A stretch of 64,000 nucleotides of DNA from Clostridia bacterium (GCA_030154225.1 JASKKI010000003.1:14217-78216); one strand, 5' to 3'; positions 25,148 through 37,995 are shown, numbered from the stretch's first letter. Notes: generated by a model not told the origin, from the sequence alone. Translations and numbers: made by a program.

Positions 25148-26404
25148 CTATTTCACCAACTTCGGCCAGGCTCTGACCAGATCTTTATTTGTTTTCACTT
25201 TTGTTAATGCATCTGTGAGCATTTCCGCAACTTCTGCTGTATCGCTATTACTAAATGTCTTTCTAAACTGCCAGACAAAAGCCAATTCCTCTTTTGATAA
25301 AAGTAATTCCTCTTTTCTGGTGCCTGACCTTTTTACATCAATGGCCGGGAAAATTCTTCTTTCTGCTAATCTCCGATCTAAAATCAATTCCATATTACCT
25401 GTACCTTTAAACTCTTCAAAAATAACATCATCCATTCTACTACCTGTTTCAACTAAAGCTGTCGCTAAAATAGTAAGGCTTCCACCTTCTTCAATATTTC
25501 TAGCTGCACCAAAAAAACGTTTTGGTTTGTGCAAAGCACTAGGATCAACCCCACCTGATAAAGTACGGCCGCTGGGGGGAATTACCAGGTTGTACGCCCT
25601 GGCCAAACGGGTAATGCTGTCCATCAAGATAACTACATCTCTTTTATGTTCAACTAATCTTTTAGCCCTTTCTAAAACCATTTCTGCTACCTTAACATGA
25701 TTTTCAGGAGGTTCATCAAAGGTGGAACTGATTACTTCACCATTGACGGAACGCTGCATATCTGTAACTTCTTCAGGTCTTTCATCAATTAGTAAAATTA
25801 GAATTTCCACTTCAGAATGATTAGCTGAAATACTATTGGCTATTTCTTTAAGTAAAACAGTTTTACCAGCTTTAGGAGGTGCTACGATAAGTCCTCTTTG
25901 TCCTTTTCCTACCGGGGAAATTAAATCAATTATCCTGGGAGAAATGGCTTCACTACCATTTTCCAAATTTAATTTCTCTTGAGGATATATTGGAGTAAGT
26001 CCATCAAAATGAAGGCGTTCGGGGGATTTCTCCGGGGGATCACCATTAACCGTTTCAACTCTCAATAAAGCAAAATATCGTTCGGTATCCTTGGGTTTAC
26101 GAGCTAATCCGGCAACCTTGTCACCGGTTCTAAGATCAAATTTGCGGATCTGGGAAGGAGAAACATAAATATCATCTTGACTGGGAAGATATGCAAAAGG
26201 TCGAAGGAACCCATATCCATCAGGCATTATTTCCAGCACACCTTGGGCCTGCAGTTGTCCATCATTCTTAGTACTGGCTTTTTGAATTTCAAAAATCAAT
26301 TCTTTTTTTCTAAGCTTGGAATAGCCAGTCAATTCCATCTCCCTGGCTATTTTGTAGAGCTCAGCCATAGTTTTGGCTTCAAGCTCTGCAATATTAAAGG
26401 CCAC
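25148..26404 (-). CDS. rho: transcription termination factor Rho
   Basis: 418 aa. Rho N-terminal and CSD-like domain, then Walker [13 protein letters not shown]. Confidence 0.96.
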   Translation of the reverse strand: MAFNIAELEAKTMAELYKIAREMELTGYSKLRKKELIFEIQKASTKNDGQLQAQGVLEIMPDGYGFLRPFAYLPSQDDIYVSPSQIRKFDLRTGDKVAGLARKPKDTERYFALLRVETVNGDPPEKSPERLHFDGLTPIYPQEKLNLENGSEAISPRIIDLISPVGKGQRGLIVAPPKAGKTVLLKEIANSISANHSEVEILILLIDERPEEVTDMQRSVNGEVISSTFDEPPENHVKVAEMVLERAKRLVEHKRDVVILMDSITRLARAYNLVIPPSGRTLSGGVDPSALHKPKRFFGAARNIEEGGSLTILATALVETGSRMDDVIFEEFKGTGNMELILDRRLAERRIFPAIDVKRSGTRKEELLLSKEELAFVWQFRKTFSNSDTAEVAEMLTDALTKVKTNKDLVRAWPKLVK

Positions 26405-26416
26405 TATTTTCCCTCC

Positions 26417-26890
26417 TTAAATAAGAATTTTTTTATTTGGTTTACCCAGTTTGCGTTTGTATTCAATAAATTTCCGGCATAAAAAATATGAGATAATTCC
26501 AGCAATTATTGCATTTAAGCCACTGCCCATTAAAAAGGTGGTACTTAATTCTGTCCAATCTCCAAAGTGAAAAAATCCCTGATTAGCATTGATTGAACTC
26601 AAGTCTTTTGGTTGAATTTCTCGACTAGTTAAAAGTTTACCCATGGCAATATTTCCTATATAAAAAATCGGGATAGCCCATTTAAAAAAAACGGCACTTA
26701 GAACGGCAGCCACCTTGTTGACACGCAGTACTAAAGCAATAATATAAGCAAATATTAGCCCAAAACCAAAGGTAGGCAGAAAATCCATAGCGATACCAAT
26801 AGCTACCCCCTTAGCTATACTGGCCGGTTCATCTTTTAAACGTATAAATACTAACCACTTTAATTTTAACCACCGGTAAATTTTTCTCAC
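26417..26890 (-). CDS. DUF2062 family membrane protein
   Basis: 157 aa. SIAKGVAIGIAMDFLPTFGFG is typical of DUF2062. Confidence 0.65.
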   Translation of the reverse strand: MRKIYRWLKLKWLVFIRLKDEPASIAKGVAIGIAMDFLPTFGFGLIFAYIIALVLRVNKVAAVLSAVFFKWAIPIFYIGNIAMGKLLTSREIQPKDLSSINANQGFFHFGDWTELSTTFLMGSGLNAIIAGIISYFLCRKFIEYKRKLGKPNKKILI

Positions 26891-27175
26891 ATTATAATCC
26901 CCCTAGAAATACTAAAGCCAAGATCCATCCTCTGGTATTATTTAATTTAGTGTTCGAAATAATAGGAATAAAAAGAGTTGCTCAAAAGGCGGGAAAGGAA
27001 ATTGGTGTTTAAGTACCATAATTTAAGAATATCACAAAGTATGGAATGTGGCTAGACAAGTAATTTTTAAATATTAATATTATTTCACAAATATAAAAAA
27101 GTTAATCAATAAATAAAGTGCGTCCACTGACCCAATGTCTTTTTTGAGTAATGAACGCACAAGTATTTAATTTAT

Positions 27176-28147
27176 TTAGCCATCCATTTTAACATATTTA
27201 GGTTTTTTAGCAAAATAATGTTGAGCTTCAATAAATCTAACCGTACCTGTTTGACCACGCATAACTACAGTATGGGTAGTGGCTCTATCCTTATAAAACC
27301 GCACACCTTTTAACATCTCACCATCTGTAATTCCCGTTGCCGCAAAAATCACATCATCAGTGCGTACAAGGTCATCCAGTGTCAAAATTTTATTAATATC
27401 ATCTATACCTAATTTTTGGGCCCTTTTTATATCAACATCATCTTCTGGAATTAGCCTTCCCTGCATATCCCCACCCATACATCTTAAAGCAGCAGCAGCT
27501 AAAACACCTTCAGGGGCACCTCCAATGCCCATAACCATATCGACACCAGAATCAGGAAAAGCTGTAGCAACTGCCGGGGAGACATCACCATCAGTTATCA
27601 GTTTAATTCTGGCACCCAATTGCCTGATTACTTTTATCTGTTTCTCGTGGCGAGGACGATCTAAAAGTACTATTGTTAAATCCTCTACATTTTTTCCTAA
27701 AGCTTTAGCTACATTAATAACATTTTCTTCTACACTGAGCTCTAGACTTATAGCACCTTTAGCACCTGGACCAACAGCTATCTTTTCCATATACATATCA
27801 GGGGCATGGAGTAAACAATTTTCCTCGGCTACTGCCAAGACAGCTATTGATCCATTCATACCTTTCGCAACTAAGTTTGTTCCTTCTAAAGGATCAACTG
27901 CTATATCCACTTTGGGACCTTTACCTAAACCCACTTTCTCACCAATATAGAGCATCGGTGCTTCATCCATTTCTCCTTCACCAATAACAACAGTTCCTTC
28001 AATGTTTATTGTATCAAACATTGCACGCATGGCTTTTACTGCTGCATCATCTGCAGCTATTTTATCACCCTTACCCATCCACCGGGCTGAATTTAATGCT
28101 GCTGCTTCTGTCACCCTGGCGAATTCTAAGGCCAACTCCCTATCCAT
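27176..28147 (-). CDS. glpX: class II fructose-1,6-bisphosphatase
   Basis: 323 aa with DIAVDPLEGT and VMGIGGAPEGV. Confidence 0.94.
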   Translation of the reverse strand: MDRELALEFARVTEAAALNSARWMGKGDKIAADDAAVKAMRAMFDTINIEGTVVIGEGEMDEAPMLYIGEKVGLGKGPKVDIAVDPLEGTNLVAKGMNGSIAVLAVAEENCLLHAPDMYMEKIAVGPGAKGAISLELSVEENVINVAKALGKNVEDLTIVLLDRPRHEKQIKVIRQLGARIKLITDGDVSPAVATAFPDSGVDMVMGIGGAPEGVLAAAALRCMGGDMQGRLIPEDDVDIKRAQKLGIDDINKILTLDDLVRTDDVIFAATGITDGEMLKGVRFYKDRATTHTVVMRGQTGTVRFIEAQHYFAKKPKYVKMDG

Positions 28148-28176
28148 AAATTAATATCTCCTCCTATTTTTCCAAC

Positions 28177-28824
28177 CTATTTATCTTTTACTTGCTCCCA
28201 ATCTTTAAGAAAGCTCTCTAGTCCCAAATCAGTTAAGGGGTGTTTACACATTTGCATAATTAGCTTATAGGGAACGGTTGCTATATGGGCTCCCAATTTA
28301 GCAGCCTGAGCAATATGAATTGGATCTCTAATACTGGCAGCTATGATTTGGGTAGTATAATTATAATTATAAAAAACCTGACAAACATCGGCAATTAATT
28401 CCATACCATCATGGCTAATATCATCTAACCGTCCTACAAAGGGGCTGACATAAGTGGCTCCGGCATTTGCGGCCAAAATAGCTTGATTAACACTAAAAAT
28501 TAAAGTGGCATTAGTTTTTATTCCCATTTGAGCCAACTCTTTGATAGCTTTTAAACCTTCAGGGATTAAAGGTATTTTTATAACAATATTATTGTCAATT
28601 TTAACAAGTTCTTTGGCTTCGGAAACCATGTCTTCTTTAGTAGTACCTACTACTTCAGCACTTATAGGTCCATCTACAATCTCGGTAATTTCAGTTATAA
28701 CTTCCCGAAAATTACGACCTTCCCTAGCTATTAAAGTAGGGTTAGTAGTTACACCGGCAATAACACCTAATTGGGCAGCCTCCCTGATTTCTTCAACATT
28801 AGCGGTATCAATAAATAGTTGCAT
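28177..28824 (-). CDS. tal: transaldolase / fructose-6-phosphate aldolase family (short TalC-type)
   Basis: 215 aa: [13 protein letters not shown]..., GVTTNPTL, with the Schiff-base lysine region IVIKIP. Confidence 0.9.
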   Translation of the reverse strand: MQLFIDTANVEEIREAAQLGVIAGVTTNPTLIAREGRNFREVITEITEIVDGPISAEVVGTTKEDMVSEAKELVKIDNNIVIKIPLIPEGLKAIKELAQMGIKTNATLIFSVNQAILAANAGATYVSPFVGRLDDISHDGMELIADVCQVFYNYNYTTQIIAASIRDPIHIAQAAKLGAHIATVPYKLIMQMCKHPLTDLGLESFLKDWEQVKDK

Positions 28825-28879
28825 ATTATATGCCTCCTAGCGTTAGTTTAAAAGTAGACCTAAAGTTTCCCTTTACAGT

Positions 28880-29734
28880 TTAGGCTTTCCCGCTGCTTCC
28901 AAATAAACGAATCTTTTCCCTGACTATTGCAGTCATCTCTTCTCGTGCCGGACCTAAAACTTTTCGAGGATCTATTTCATTTGGTTTTTGAGCTAAAGCA
29001 TCTTTTACACCTTTCATAAACGCTTCCCGAATATTGGTATCAATATTAACCTTCCTTACCCCCAATTGGATAGCTTTTTGAATATCTTCATCAGGAACAC
29101 CCGATGAACCATGTAAAACAATAGGTATTTTAACTAACTCTTTAATTTTCTTCAATCTTTCAAAATCCAATTCAGGTTTTCCTTTATATTGTCCATGGGC
29201 TGTACCGATAGCAATAGCTAAAGAGCCTACACCGGTAGCTTCAACAAAAGTTTTGGCTTCTTGGGGGTCGGTAAACATGGCTTCTTTTTCGGAGACAATG
29301 ATATCATCCTCTGTTCCGCCAATTTTACCTAATTCAGCTTCGACGGAAATACCCAGGGGTCTTGCTATTTCTATAACTTTTTTTGTAATAGCAATATTTT
29401 CATCCAATGGTAGTTTAGATCCATCTATCATTACAGACGAAAACCCAAACCTCATGCATTTCAGCACCTGCTCAAAACTTGTTCCATGGTCCAGGTGTAA
29501 AGCAACTGGAATTGATACACTGTCAGCAGCAACTTCTACTAATTTTACTATGTAATTTAATCCTGCATACTTGATTGCTCCCTGGCTGGCTTGAATAATA
29601 ACCGGTGCTTTTTCGGCTTCCGCAGCGGCAACAATTGCCTGTACTATCTCCATGTTATTACAGTTAAAAGCTCCTACAGCATAACCCTCTGCTTCAGCTT
29701 TTTTTAAAAGTACATCAACATTAACTAAAGGCAT
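28880..29734 (-). CDS. fba: class II fructose-1,6-bisphosphate aldolase
   Basis: 284 aa with LHLDHG, AIGTAHG and VLHGSSG. Confidence 0.94.
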   Translation of the reverse strand: MPLVNVDVLLKKAEAEGYAVGAFNCNNMEIVQAIVAAAEAEKAPVIIQASQGAIKYAGLNYIVKLVEVAADSVSIPVALHLDHGTSFEQVLKCMRFGFSSVMIDGSKLPLDENIAITKKVIEIARPLGISVEAELGKIGGTEDDIIVSEKEAMFTDPQEAKTFVEATGVGSLAIAIGTAHGQYKGKPELDFERLKKIKELVKIPIVLHGSSGVPDEDIQKAIQLGVRKVNIDTNIREAFMKGVKDALAQKPNEIDPRKVLGPAREEMTAIVREKIRLFGSSGKA

Positions 29735-29826
29735 TTTTCTTCCTCCTTTTTTTTAAAATAACCATAAGAAAGAGGCTTTATAGCCCCTTCTCTAACTAAT
29801 TAATAGTATATGTTATATTCATGATT

Positions 29827-30495
29827 TTATTTTTTAATTCTAGTTTTACGTTTCTTAGGTTTCTTATCATCAATATATCTATAAGTTCCTTCAGTAAGAA
29901 TGACTTCTCCCAGTCTACGAACAATTTCCCAATCTTTAAAGGATTCTGCAAAGACAATGCCAACTGCTCCACAATCATTACAATGGAATTCCATACGGTC
30001 TGGATAAACTTCGACTTCCAAATTAAAATTACCACACCCACAATATAAATTGCCACTATCGGCAATAAAATGTAAATGTTCTAAAACCTTGTACATTATC
30101 TCAGGATTGATAAAATATTCGCCATAACCTAGTTCTTCAGCCATTTCCTGAACAGACTTATCCATATTCTGAACGTTTTTCCGTACTTCTTCTCTGGGAC
30201 CTATAAAACCTATTTCTACCCCGGTTTCTTCACAAATTAAAGTTAATAATTTCTCAGACCAAAACTCTTTGATAGAATAGTTAAATATATGCTTATCTTC
30301 ACACATACTGCATTCTATTTGCATCCAGTAGGTTTTACCTCTATTACGTCCCATAGTCAGGAGGTTGGTACCACATTCACAAGTAATACTTGCCTTACTA
30401 CTACCGGTCATACTAAAACGAGATAGTGCATAAAAGTCCATTTTACCGCAAATAGGACAGCGAAGAGCTACTGTCGTATAAGTTAATACAAGCAT
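29827..30495 (-). CDS. Cys-rich (multi zinc-ribbon-like) protein of unknown function with a basic tail
   Basis: 222 aa. Cys pairs CPIC, CECG, CSMC, CGCG and CNDC. C-terminal KKPKKRKTRIKK. Sits between spo0F-like and fba. I prefer it over the overlapping 89-aa ORF 29796..30065. Confidence 0.6.
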   Translation of the reverse strand: MLVLTYTTVALRCPICGKMDFYALSRFSMTGSSKASITCECGTNLLTMGRNRGKTYWMQIECSMCEDKHIFNYSIKEFWSEKLLTLICEETGVEIGFIGPREEVRKNVQNMDKSVQEMAEELGYGEYFINPEIMYKVLEHLHFIADSGNLYCGCGNFNLEVEVYPDRMEFHCNDCGAVGIVFAESFKDWEIVRRLGEVILTEGTYRYIDDKKPKKRKTRIKK

Positions 30496-30581
30496 TTTGT
30501 GGCTTCCTCCTTTCTAATGAATATAGTTAAATATACAACTCATTTAATGATTTCTTCATGAGAAGTTAAAATCCTGCAAGT

Positions 30582-30944
30582 TTATGTATTGGTGTTTTCT
30601 TTTAAAATATTTTCTACTAATTGAATTAACACATCTATGTCAAAGGGTTTACTTATAAAACCTGAAATATTAGCACCCTGAAGGGGTATATCATCATATG
30701 CGGTCATTAATAATACTTTAGAACGAATGTTTAACTTTTGTATACGGGAAATAGTATCAATTCCGGTTAATCCTGGCATTTTCATATCAATAATTATTAG
30801 GTCTGGCATCCAGGTTGCGGCAATTTCCAAAGCCTGTTGTCCATTAACTGCTTCTTTAATATTATATTTGTTTAAGGCAAGTTTTAATAGGGTGCGAACT
30901 CCATACTGATCATCAACAATAAGTATTTTCTGTTTTTCACCCAA
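30582..30944 (-). CDS. spo0F: single-domain response regulator (Spo0F-like receiver)
   Basis: ILIVDDQ, DLIIIDMKMPG and KPF motifs. Conserved position next to fba. Start set at TTG 30944, 4 nt after the G-rich SD. The symbol is inferred from synteny. Confidence 0.7.
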   Translation of the reverse strand: MGEKQKILIVDDQYGVRTLLKLALNKYNIKEAVNGQQALEIAATWMPDLIIIDMKMPGLTGIDTISRIQKLNIRSKVLLMTAYDDIPLQGANISGFISKPFDIDVLIQLVENILKENTNT

Positions 30945-31031
30945 GTAACCCCCCCCTTTTAACAATAATAATTCTTGAAAAAAAAAATTAATCCTGCCAA
31001 AACTGATTGAAAGGTTATTGAAAAAGTACCA

Positions 31032-32213
31032 CTATTTTGCTGCCATACTTATTTCTTCATATTTTTCTGTAATTTTTCTCACTCTTATTGGTTTTCCTTC
31101 TTTCATAAAAACCTTTGGTAAAGTTGGACTAATATTAGTTCTCCTTCCTGGCAACTCCACAATTTCACCTATTTTAATATCGGGAATATCCGAAACATCC
31201 AATATTGTCATTTGCATGCCAACCTTACCAATTATGGGAACATACTTGTCCCTAATTTTAACATATGTTTTTACCCGGGAATGATCAAGATAGCGTAATA
31301 TGGTTTTTCCTAAAATTTTTATTAAATCCATAACTCCTCCGGGCCTGGGAATGGGTTCAACGGAAAAACCGTGGGAAAAACCAACAGGAACAATAGCCGT
31401 TTTTGAATTCTTTTTTAGAATATGGGCTCGTTCATAACCTATGGAATGCCCTTTGGGTAGTTCATTAAGATAGGTAATTTGCCCCTTTAAGGCCCAGGCA
31501 TTTATTAATTGGCCATGAAAATCTTGTTTCCCGGCTACCTCTTGCCCATAAAGAATTGTTCCTGCTCTTACCATATCCAGATGCATTTCTGGAAATTTAG
31601 CTAAAGCAGCACTATTACAAATATGTTTCACGGGAATAATAAACCCCTTACTTTCTATAAATTCAATAGCTTTTAAAAACTCACTATATTGTTGCATTGT
31701 AAAAGAGAGATTATCCCACATAGCGGTAGCCAGGTGAGTATAAATTCCCTCTACCTCAATATTTTCATCATTTTTTAACAATCCGACCATCTCATCTAAT
31801 TGGGTATACTTAATCCCGGTACGTCCCAACCCTGTTTCTAACTTAATATGTGTTTTAACCTTTACTCCTTTATCTTTAATAAGTTTAATACTTTTTAAAT
31901 CAGCTAAGCTAACTGTAAGATCAAATTCTTTTATATAGTAGATATCTTCCGGTAAAAATGGACCAAAAACAAGTATAGGAACATTGATCCCTGCTTCCCT
32001 AAGCTGAATGCCTTCACTGATTTCAGTAACTCCCAGGTAATCTATGCCCTGATTTTCTAATTCTCGTGACACTTCAATTATGCCATGACCATAGGCGTCA
32101 GCTTTAACAACACCTAAAATTTTAGTCTCTTCCCGGACAAAATCTCTAACTTTTAGATAATTTTCCTTAATAGCATCTAAATTTATTTCAATCCACTTGT
32201 ACATTCTTATCAC
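31032..32213 (-). CDS. alr: alanine racemase
   Basis: 393 aa with the PLP-lysine motif VVKADAYGHG. Confidence 0.92.
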   Translation of the reverse strand: MIRMYKWIEINLDAIKENYLKVRDFVREETKILGVVKADAYGHGIIEVSRELENQGIDYLGVTEISEGIQLREAGINVPILVFGPFLPEDIYYIKEFDLTVSLADLKSIKLIKDKGVKVKTHIKLETGLGRTGIKYTQLDEMVGLLKNDENIEVEGIYTHLATAMWDNLSFTMQQYSEFLKAIEFIESKGFIIPVKHICNSAALAKFPEMHLDMVRAGTILYGQEVAGKQDFHGQLINAWALKGQITYLNELPKGHSIGYERAHILKKNSKTAIVPVGFSHGFSVEPIPRPGGVMDLIKILGKTILRYLDHSRVKTYVKIRDKYVPIIGKVGMQMTILDVSDIPDIKIGEIVELPGRRTNISPTLPKVFMKEGKPIRVRKITEKYEEISMAAK

Positions 32214-32260
32214 CTCGGTCTAGCTATAGGGTTAGATAAAGCTTACCGGTTTCATTTTCT

Positions 32261-32482
32261 GTCTGACAATACACCCGGGTAAACATCTTTCGTCTGACGT
32301 ACTTCTGGGTAAAGATTTTGCGTCTGACAACTCTTAAGGGTGCATCTTACCTGTCAGACAATTACTCACAGGTTAAACTCTTGTGTCAGACGTAAAAATT
32401 TAACTACCTGGTATGTCTGACCAAAAAGTCTAGCTTTTTAGCTTTGTCTGACGCACAAGCTAGACCCTTTAGTGTTTCTGAC
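32261..32482. repeat. Phased ~31-bp repeat array 2 (8 units, GTCTGAC/GTCAGAC cores)
   Basis: Cores start at 32261, 32292, 32322 (GTCTGAC), 32353, 32385 (GTCAGAC), 32415, 32446 (GTCTGAC) and 32476 (TTCTGAC). Spacing is 31/30/31/32/30/31/30 bp. Confidence 0.88.
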
Positions 32483-32505
32483 CAGCAAGCTTAGCCCAAA
32501 AGAAA

Positions 32506-33594
32506 TCATTTCTTTTTCAGTTTCTTCTTCAGAGCAATTAATTTCCGGATACCTTTTTGATATATAGGTTCTACTGTATGCCATAACCAGTAAGAGAAAG
32601 GTGCATAAACCAAATCAAATTCACCTACAAATTGTGTATAAACACCGTTAAAACCTTTTTTAAATTTAAATAGACCATAGAGGGGATTTTCTTCTGTTAA
32701 ATCTCCTGGTACCCCCCTGAAGTCATACAAAGTACAACCATTTTCTTTGGCCCACTTAATCATAGTCCATTGCAAGAGATAGTTAGGCATTACATTCCGA
32801 TAACTATTGCTGGAAGCACCATATATGTACCAGGCCTTCTTACCAAAAATAAAGGCTAAAGTTCCTGCAACATATTGACCGGCATATTCAGCCATAAATA
32901 GTTTTGCGTAACCCCGTTCTACTAAATAATCCCACATGTCTTCAAAATATCCATAGGAACGAACTAGAAAATTATCTCTCTCACAGGTTTCCAATAAAAT
33001 ATCATAGAAATTTTTCAAATCTGATTTTGAACATTTTGTTTTAATTGTTACTCCTTTTCTTTCTGCTAGGCGAATATTATATCTTGTTTTAGAGTGCATA
33101 TTTGCTAAAAGGGTTTCCAGGTCGGGAGTGATATCTAAGCGGAAGACAAATTTAGGTTGAATTCCTTCAAAACCTTCTCCCTTCTCCGCTGTCCGAAAAC
33201 CTCTTGATAAAAGAAGCTCTTTAAAAGCTTTATTTTCATTAGGTACATCAGGATCAATTTTTAAAAATATGGCATTATGTTGTTTTGCCAGCTTTTTAAC
33301 TTCTGTCAGGAGAAAATCAAAAACATCTTTATTTTCTATATCTAAAACAGGACCCCGGGGTGCGTAAAATATAGCTTTTTTAATTCCAGGTATAATCCTT
33401 TTTAAAATAGAAATAGCAGCAATAGGTTTGCCAGTTTCTTCTATAATCATTCTTAAAGGCTGCCAGCCTGTCTTTGCTTTTATTTCCCCCCATTCATATG
33501 ACTGTAAGATATGGCCCTTGGGAACGGAGGCAATAAAGTTATTAAAAATTTCCCTTTCATTTTCATTAATCAATCGTGCTTGCAATATTATCAC
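32506..33594 (-). CDS. FemAB-family peptidoglycan interpeptide-bridge aminoacyltransferase
   Basis: 362 aa with ILQSYEWGEIK and the overall FemAB-type pattern. Confidence 0.82.
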   Translation of the reverse strand: MIILQARLINENEREIFNNFIASVPKGHILQSYEWGEIKAKTGWQPLRMIIEETGKPIAAISILKRIIPGIKKAIFYAPRGPVLDIENKDVFDFLLTEVKKLAKQHNAIFLKIDPDVPNENKAFKELLLSRGFRTAEKGEGFEGIQPKFVFRLDITPDLETLLANMHSKTRYNIRLAERKGVTIKTKCSKSDLKNFYDILLETCERDNFLVRSYGYFEDMWDYLVERGYAKLFMAEYAGQYVAGTLAFIFGKKAWYIYGASSNSYRNVMPNYLLQWTMIKWAKENGCTLYDFRGVPGDLTEENPLYGLFKFKKGFNGVYTQFVGEFDLVYAPFSYWLWHTVEPIYQKGIRKLIALKKKLKKK

Positions 33595-33721
33595 ATCCTC
33601 TCCGCTTTTGGTTTGCTTATATGTCAGTGCGTAAGCTTATAGGCTTTAGTAACAGCTTCAGATTTCGACAAAAAAGTTTATAATCCTTTATAGTTTCTCA
33701 ATAAAACAGATTGTCTAAACT

Positions 33722-33750
33722 GAAAACCCCAGGGAATATCCCCAGGGTTT
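33722..33750 (-). terminator. Probable terminator of pyrG
   Basis: CCCCAGGG-AATAT-CCCCAGGG can fold as a CCC/GGG double stem. It is flanked by an A4 run and a T3 run, just after the pyrG stop. Confidence 0.45.
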
Positions 33751-33754
33751 ATAC

Positions 33755-35442
<1,688 letters not shown>

Positions 35443-35568
35443 GGTTTATTTGCTATAAGACATCTCTTACCAATTTGTCTGGGGTTAGTTTTTGCTACAC
35501 TTTAAAAGTCTATTCGCCTATTCTTTAATCGTCTACACGTTAACTCGTCATAACGCCCTGTCACAGTT

Positions 35569-37251
35569 TTACATCCTTTCAGGCGCACTTACTCCCAATA
35601 AATTAAGAACATTTCTTAAAGTAATACGTGTTGCATTAACTAAGACTAACCGGGCATATTTTAGTTCCTGCTCATCTGTTAGTACTCGGCAACTGTTATA
35701 AAAGGTATGGAAAGTACTGGCTAAATCATGAGCATACCTGGCAATACGATGGGGTTCTAATGCTTTTGCAGCTTGGGCAATCTCATCGGGTAAATCAGCT
35801 ATTTTTCTAATAAGTTCTATTTCCGCAGTTTCATTTAATAGTTTTAAATTCACATTAACTGCCCTAGGTAAGTTTTCCCCTGCAGCCTTTAAAATACTAC
35901 AAATTCTTGCATGGGCATATTGAACATAGTAAACAGGGTTCTCAGCAGAATCTTGTTTTGCCAAATCCAAATCAAAGTCCAAATGGCTATCGGGATTACG
36001 CATCACAAAGAAATAACGGGCAGCATCCTTACCTACTTCTTCAACCAATTCAGTAAGGGTAACATATTTTCCAGTTCGTTTAGACATCCGCACTATTTCT
36101 CCACCACGGAAAAGTCGAACTAATTGCATCAGAATTACGGTAAGGTTATCAGGATTATAACCTACAGCTTCTACAGCACCTTTCATCCGGGCTACATGAC
36201 CATGATGGTCGGCACCCCAGATATTAATAACCCAGTCAAATCCCCGATCAAATTTATTTTTATGATAAGCAATATCAGCTGCAAAATATGTTGGTGTACC
36301 ATTGGATCTAACGACAACTTCATCTTTATCCTCTGGACCAAAACGGCTGGATCGAAACCACAGGGCACCTTCTTGCTCATAAATTAAGTCCTTTTCTTTT
36401 AATAACTGGATAACCTCTTCAATTGCTCCGGACTCATGGAGTGTACTTTCGCTAAACCAAACATCATATTCTACACCAAATTCTTTTAAAGCATTACGGA
36501 TGGCAGTTATTTTTTCCTTAAGGGCTATTTCTACAAGCTTTTGTCGCCGTTCTTCCTGGTCTAATTTTAAATAGGCTTCTCCTTTATCATTTATAATCCG
36601 GCGAACTGTATCAATAACGTCTTGCCCATGATAACCTTCTTCAGGGAAAGGAAAATCATGTCCCAGTTCCTGGAAATACCTTGCTTCTAATGATTTACCA
36701 AAGTTCTCAATCTGGTTACCGGCATCATTTATGTAAAATTCCCGAGTTACACTATAACCGGCTTTCGTTAACAAATTTGCCAGTGTATCACCCAGGGCAG
36801 CACCCCTGGCATTCCCCATATGTAATAATCCCGTAGGATTAGCGCTAACGAATTCAACCTGTACTTTGATATCCTTACCTACTTCACTGGCGCCATAGTT
36901 TTCATCTTCTTTTTCTACTAGTGGTAAAACTTCAAATAACCAATGGGGATTTAAATAAAAATTTATAAACCCGGGACCGGCAATTTCAATTTTTTCAGCC
37001 CAAGTACCTTCTTTTTCAAATTTATCAACTATCAACTGGGCTATTTGTCGGGGATTCATTTTAGCCTCTTTAGCCATTAACATGGCAATGTTGGTAGCAA
37101 AATCACCGTGGGCTTTTTCCCGGGGTACTTCAATTATAAAACCTGGTATTTCTTCATATTTAATTTTACCCTCTGCTTTATTATTCTCTAAAGCCTCTAT
37201 AATTTGCTCTCTAATCTTATTTTTCAACTTTTCTACAATATTCATTGTCAT
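35569..37251 (-). CDS. argS: arginine--tRNA ligase
   Basis: 560 aa with the HIGH-type motif ([14 protein letters not shown]) and MSKRTG. Confidence 0.96.
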   Translation of the reverse strand: MTMNIVEKLKNKIREQIIEALENNKAEGKIKYEEIPGFIIEVPREKAHGDFATNIAMLMAKEAKMNPRQIAQLIVDKFEKEGTWAEKIEIAGPGFINFYLNPHWLFEVLPLVEKEDENYGASEVGKDIKVQVEFVSANPTGLLHMGNARGAALGDTLANLLTKAGYSVTREFYINDAGNQIENFGKSLEARYFQELGHDFPFPEEGYHGQDVIDTVRRIINDKGEAYLKLDQEERRQKLVEIALKEKITAIRNALKEFGVEYDVWFSESTLHESGAIEEVIQLLKEKDLIYEQEGALWFRSSRFGPEDKDEVVVRSNGTPTYFAADIAYHKNKFDRGFDWVINIWGADHHGHVARMKGAVEAVGYNPDNLTVILMQLVRLFRGGEIVRMSKRTGKYVTLTELVEEVGKDAARYFFVMRNPDSHLDFDLDLAKQDSAENPVYYVQYAHARICSILKAAGENLPRAVNVNLKLLNETAEIELIRKIADLPDEIAQAAKALEPHRIARYAHDLASTFHTFYNSCRVLTDEQELKYARLVLVNATRITLRNVLNLLGVSAPERM

Positions 37252-37540
37252 ACCTCACAATCTTTTATAGTAAATAGTGATACCCTTTTTTATTCTTTTA
37301 GATTAATATTTACCCTAAAACCTGTCAACCATCTATTTGACTAATAGTAATTATTTGTCTTTCCACATCCAAAATCTTATTATATGTATTTTTAGTTTTA
37401 CATTCTGTTATCAATCTTATCATAATTAAAAAAGATAAGGGTAACCTAATATATAAATGAAAAACGGTAAATTGCCAATGAAAGAATATACCAACTTTTT
37501 ACCATTGGTTATAGACTAAAAATTTAAGGAGGTTTTTCAA

Positions 37541-37897
37541 ATGTCCTCGATTCTGGCCTATTTTGAAACAACAGAAACGGCGGAAAAGGTTAAAAAAATT
37601 CTTGAGAATAAAGGGATAGAAACTATCCAAATGGATAGAATAAGTGAAGTACCTGCCCAAAATACCGGCGAATTTAATAATCCCATCAACAGAGCATATT
37701 CACTGGCAGCCTTAACAAATACTAGTGGTAATTTCCTAGGTGGTGATGTGGGTCCACTATTAAGTGCGTCTCCAGCCAGTAGCGGTTATGGTGGGGATCG
37801 TGTCGGCTCCCGAAATATTTTAATGACAATTGTTACTTCAGAAGATAAGATTGAAGAATGTGTGAAGATTATTAAACAAAATAAGGGTTTTGTATAA
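37541..37897 (+). CDS. hypothetical protein (118 aa)
   Basis: AAGGAGG SD 8 nt upstream. Two beta-alpha-like end segments flank a G/S/N-rich linker. A terminator follows. No family recognised. Confidence 0.6.
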   Translation: MSSILAYFETTETAEKVKKILENKGIETIQMDRISEVPAQNTGEFNNPINRAYSLAALTNTSGNFLGGDVGPLLSASPASSGYGGDRVGSRNILMTIVTSEDKIEECVKIIKQNKGFV

Positions 37898-37968
37898 GAC
37901 ATCTCTTTATCATAGGCTATATTCTTATTCAATATAAATATAGGATTGTCCTGCTACTGTAAATATTT

Positions 37969-37992
37969 AAAGCCCCTTTTTTACGGGGCTTT
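37969..37992. terminator. Bidirectional terminator AAAGCCCC-TTTTTTAC-GGGGCTTT between convergent genes
   Basis: 8-bp stem placed between the stops at 37897 (+) and 37996 (-). Confidence 0.7.
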
Positions 37993-37995
37993 AGT

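Noticed and set aside
29796-30065. 89-aa minus-strand ORF overlapping the 3' part of the Cys-rich gene in another frame.
   Set aside because: It lies mostly inside the longer 222-aa ORF, which has coherent Cys-pair architecture. The short ORF is hydrophobic and low-complexity and lacks an SD.
37252-37540. T-box or other leader upstream of argS, and a His T-box or attenuator upstream of hisZ (56081-56133).
   Set aside because: No AGGGUGGUACCGCG-like T-box sequence, specifier-loop context or terminator/antiterminator pair is visible on the minus strand in these spacers. The hisZ leader is only about 50 nt.
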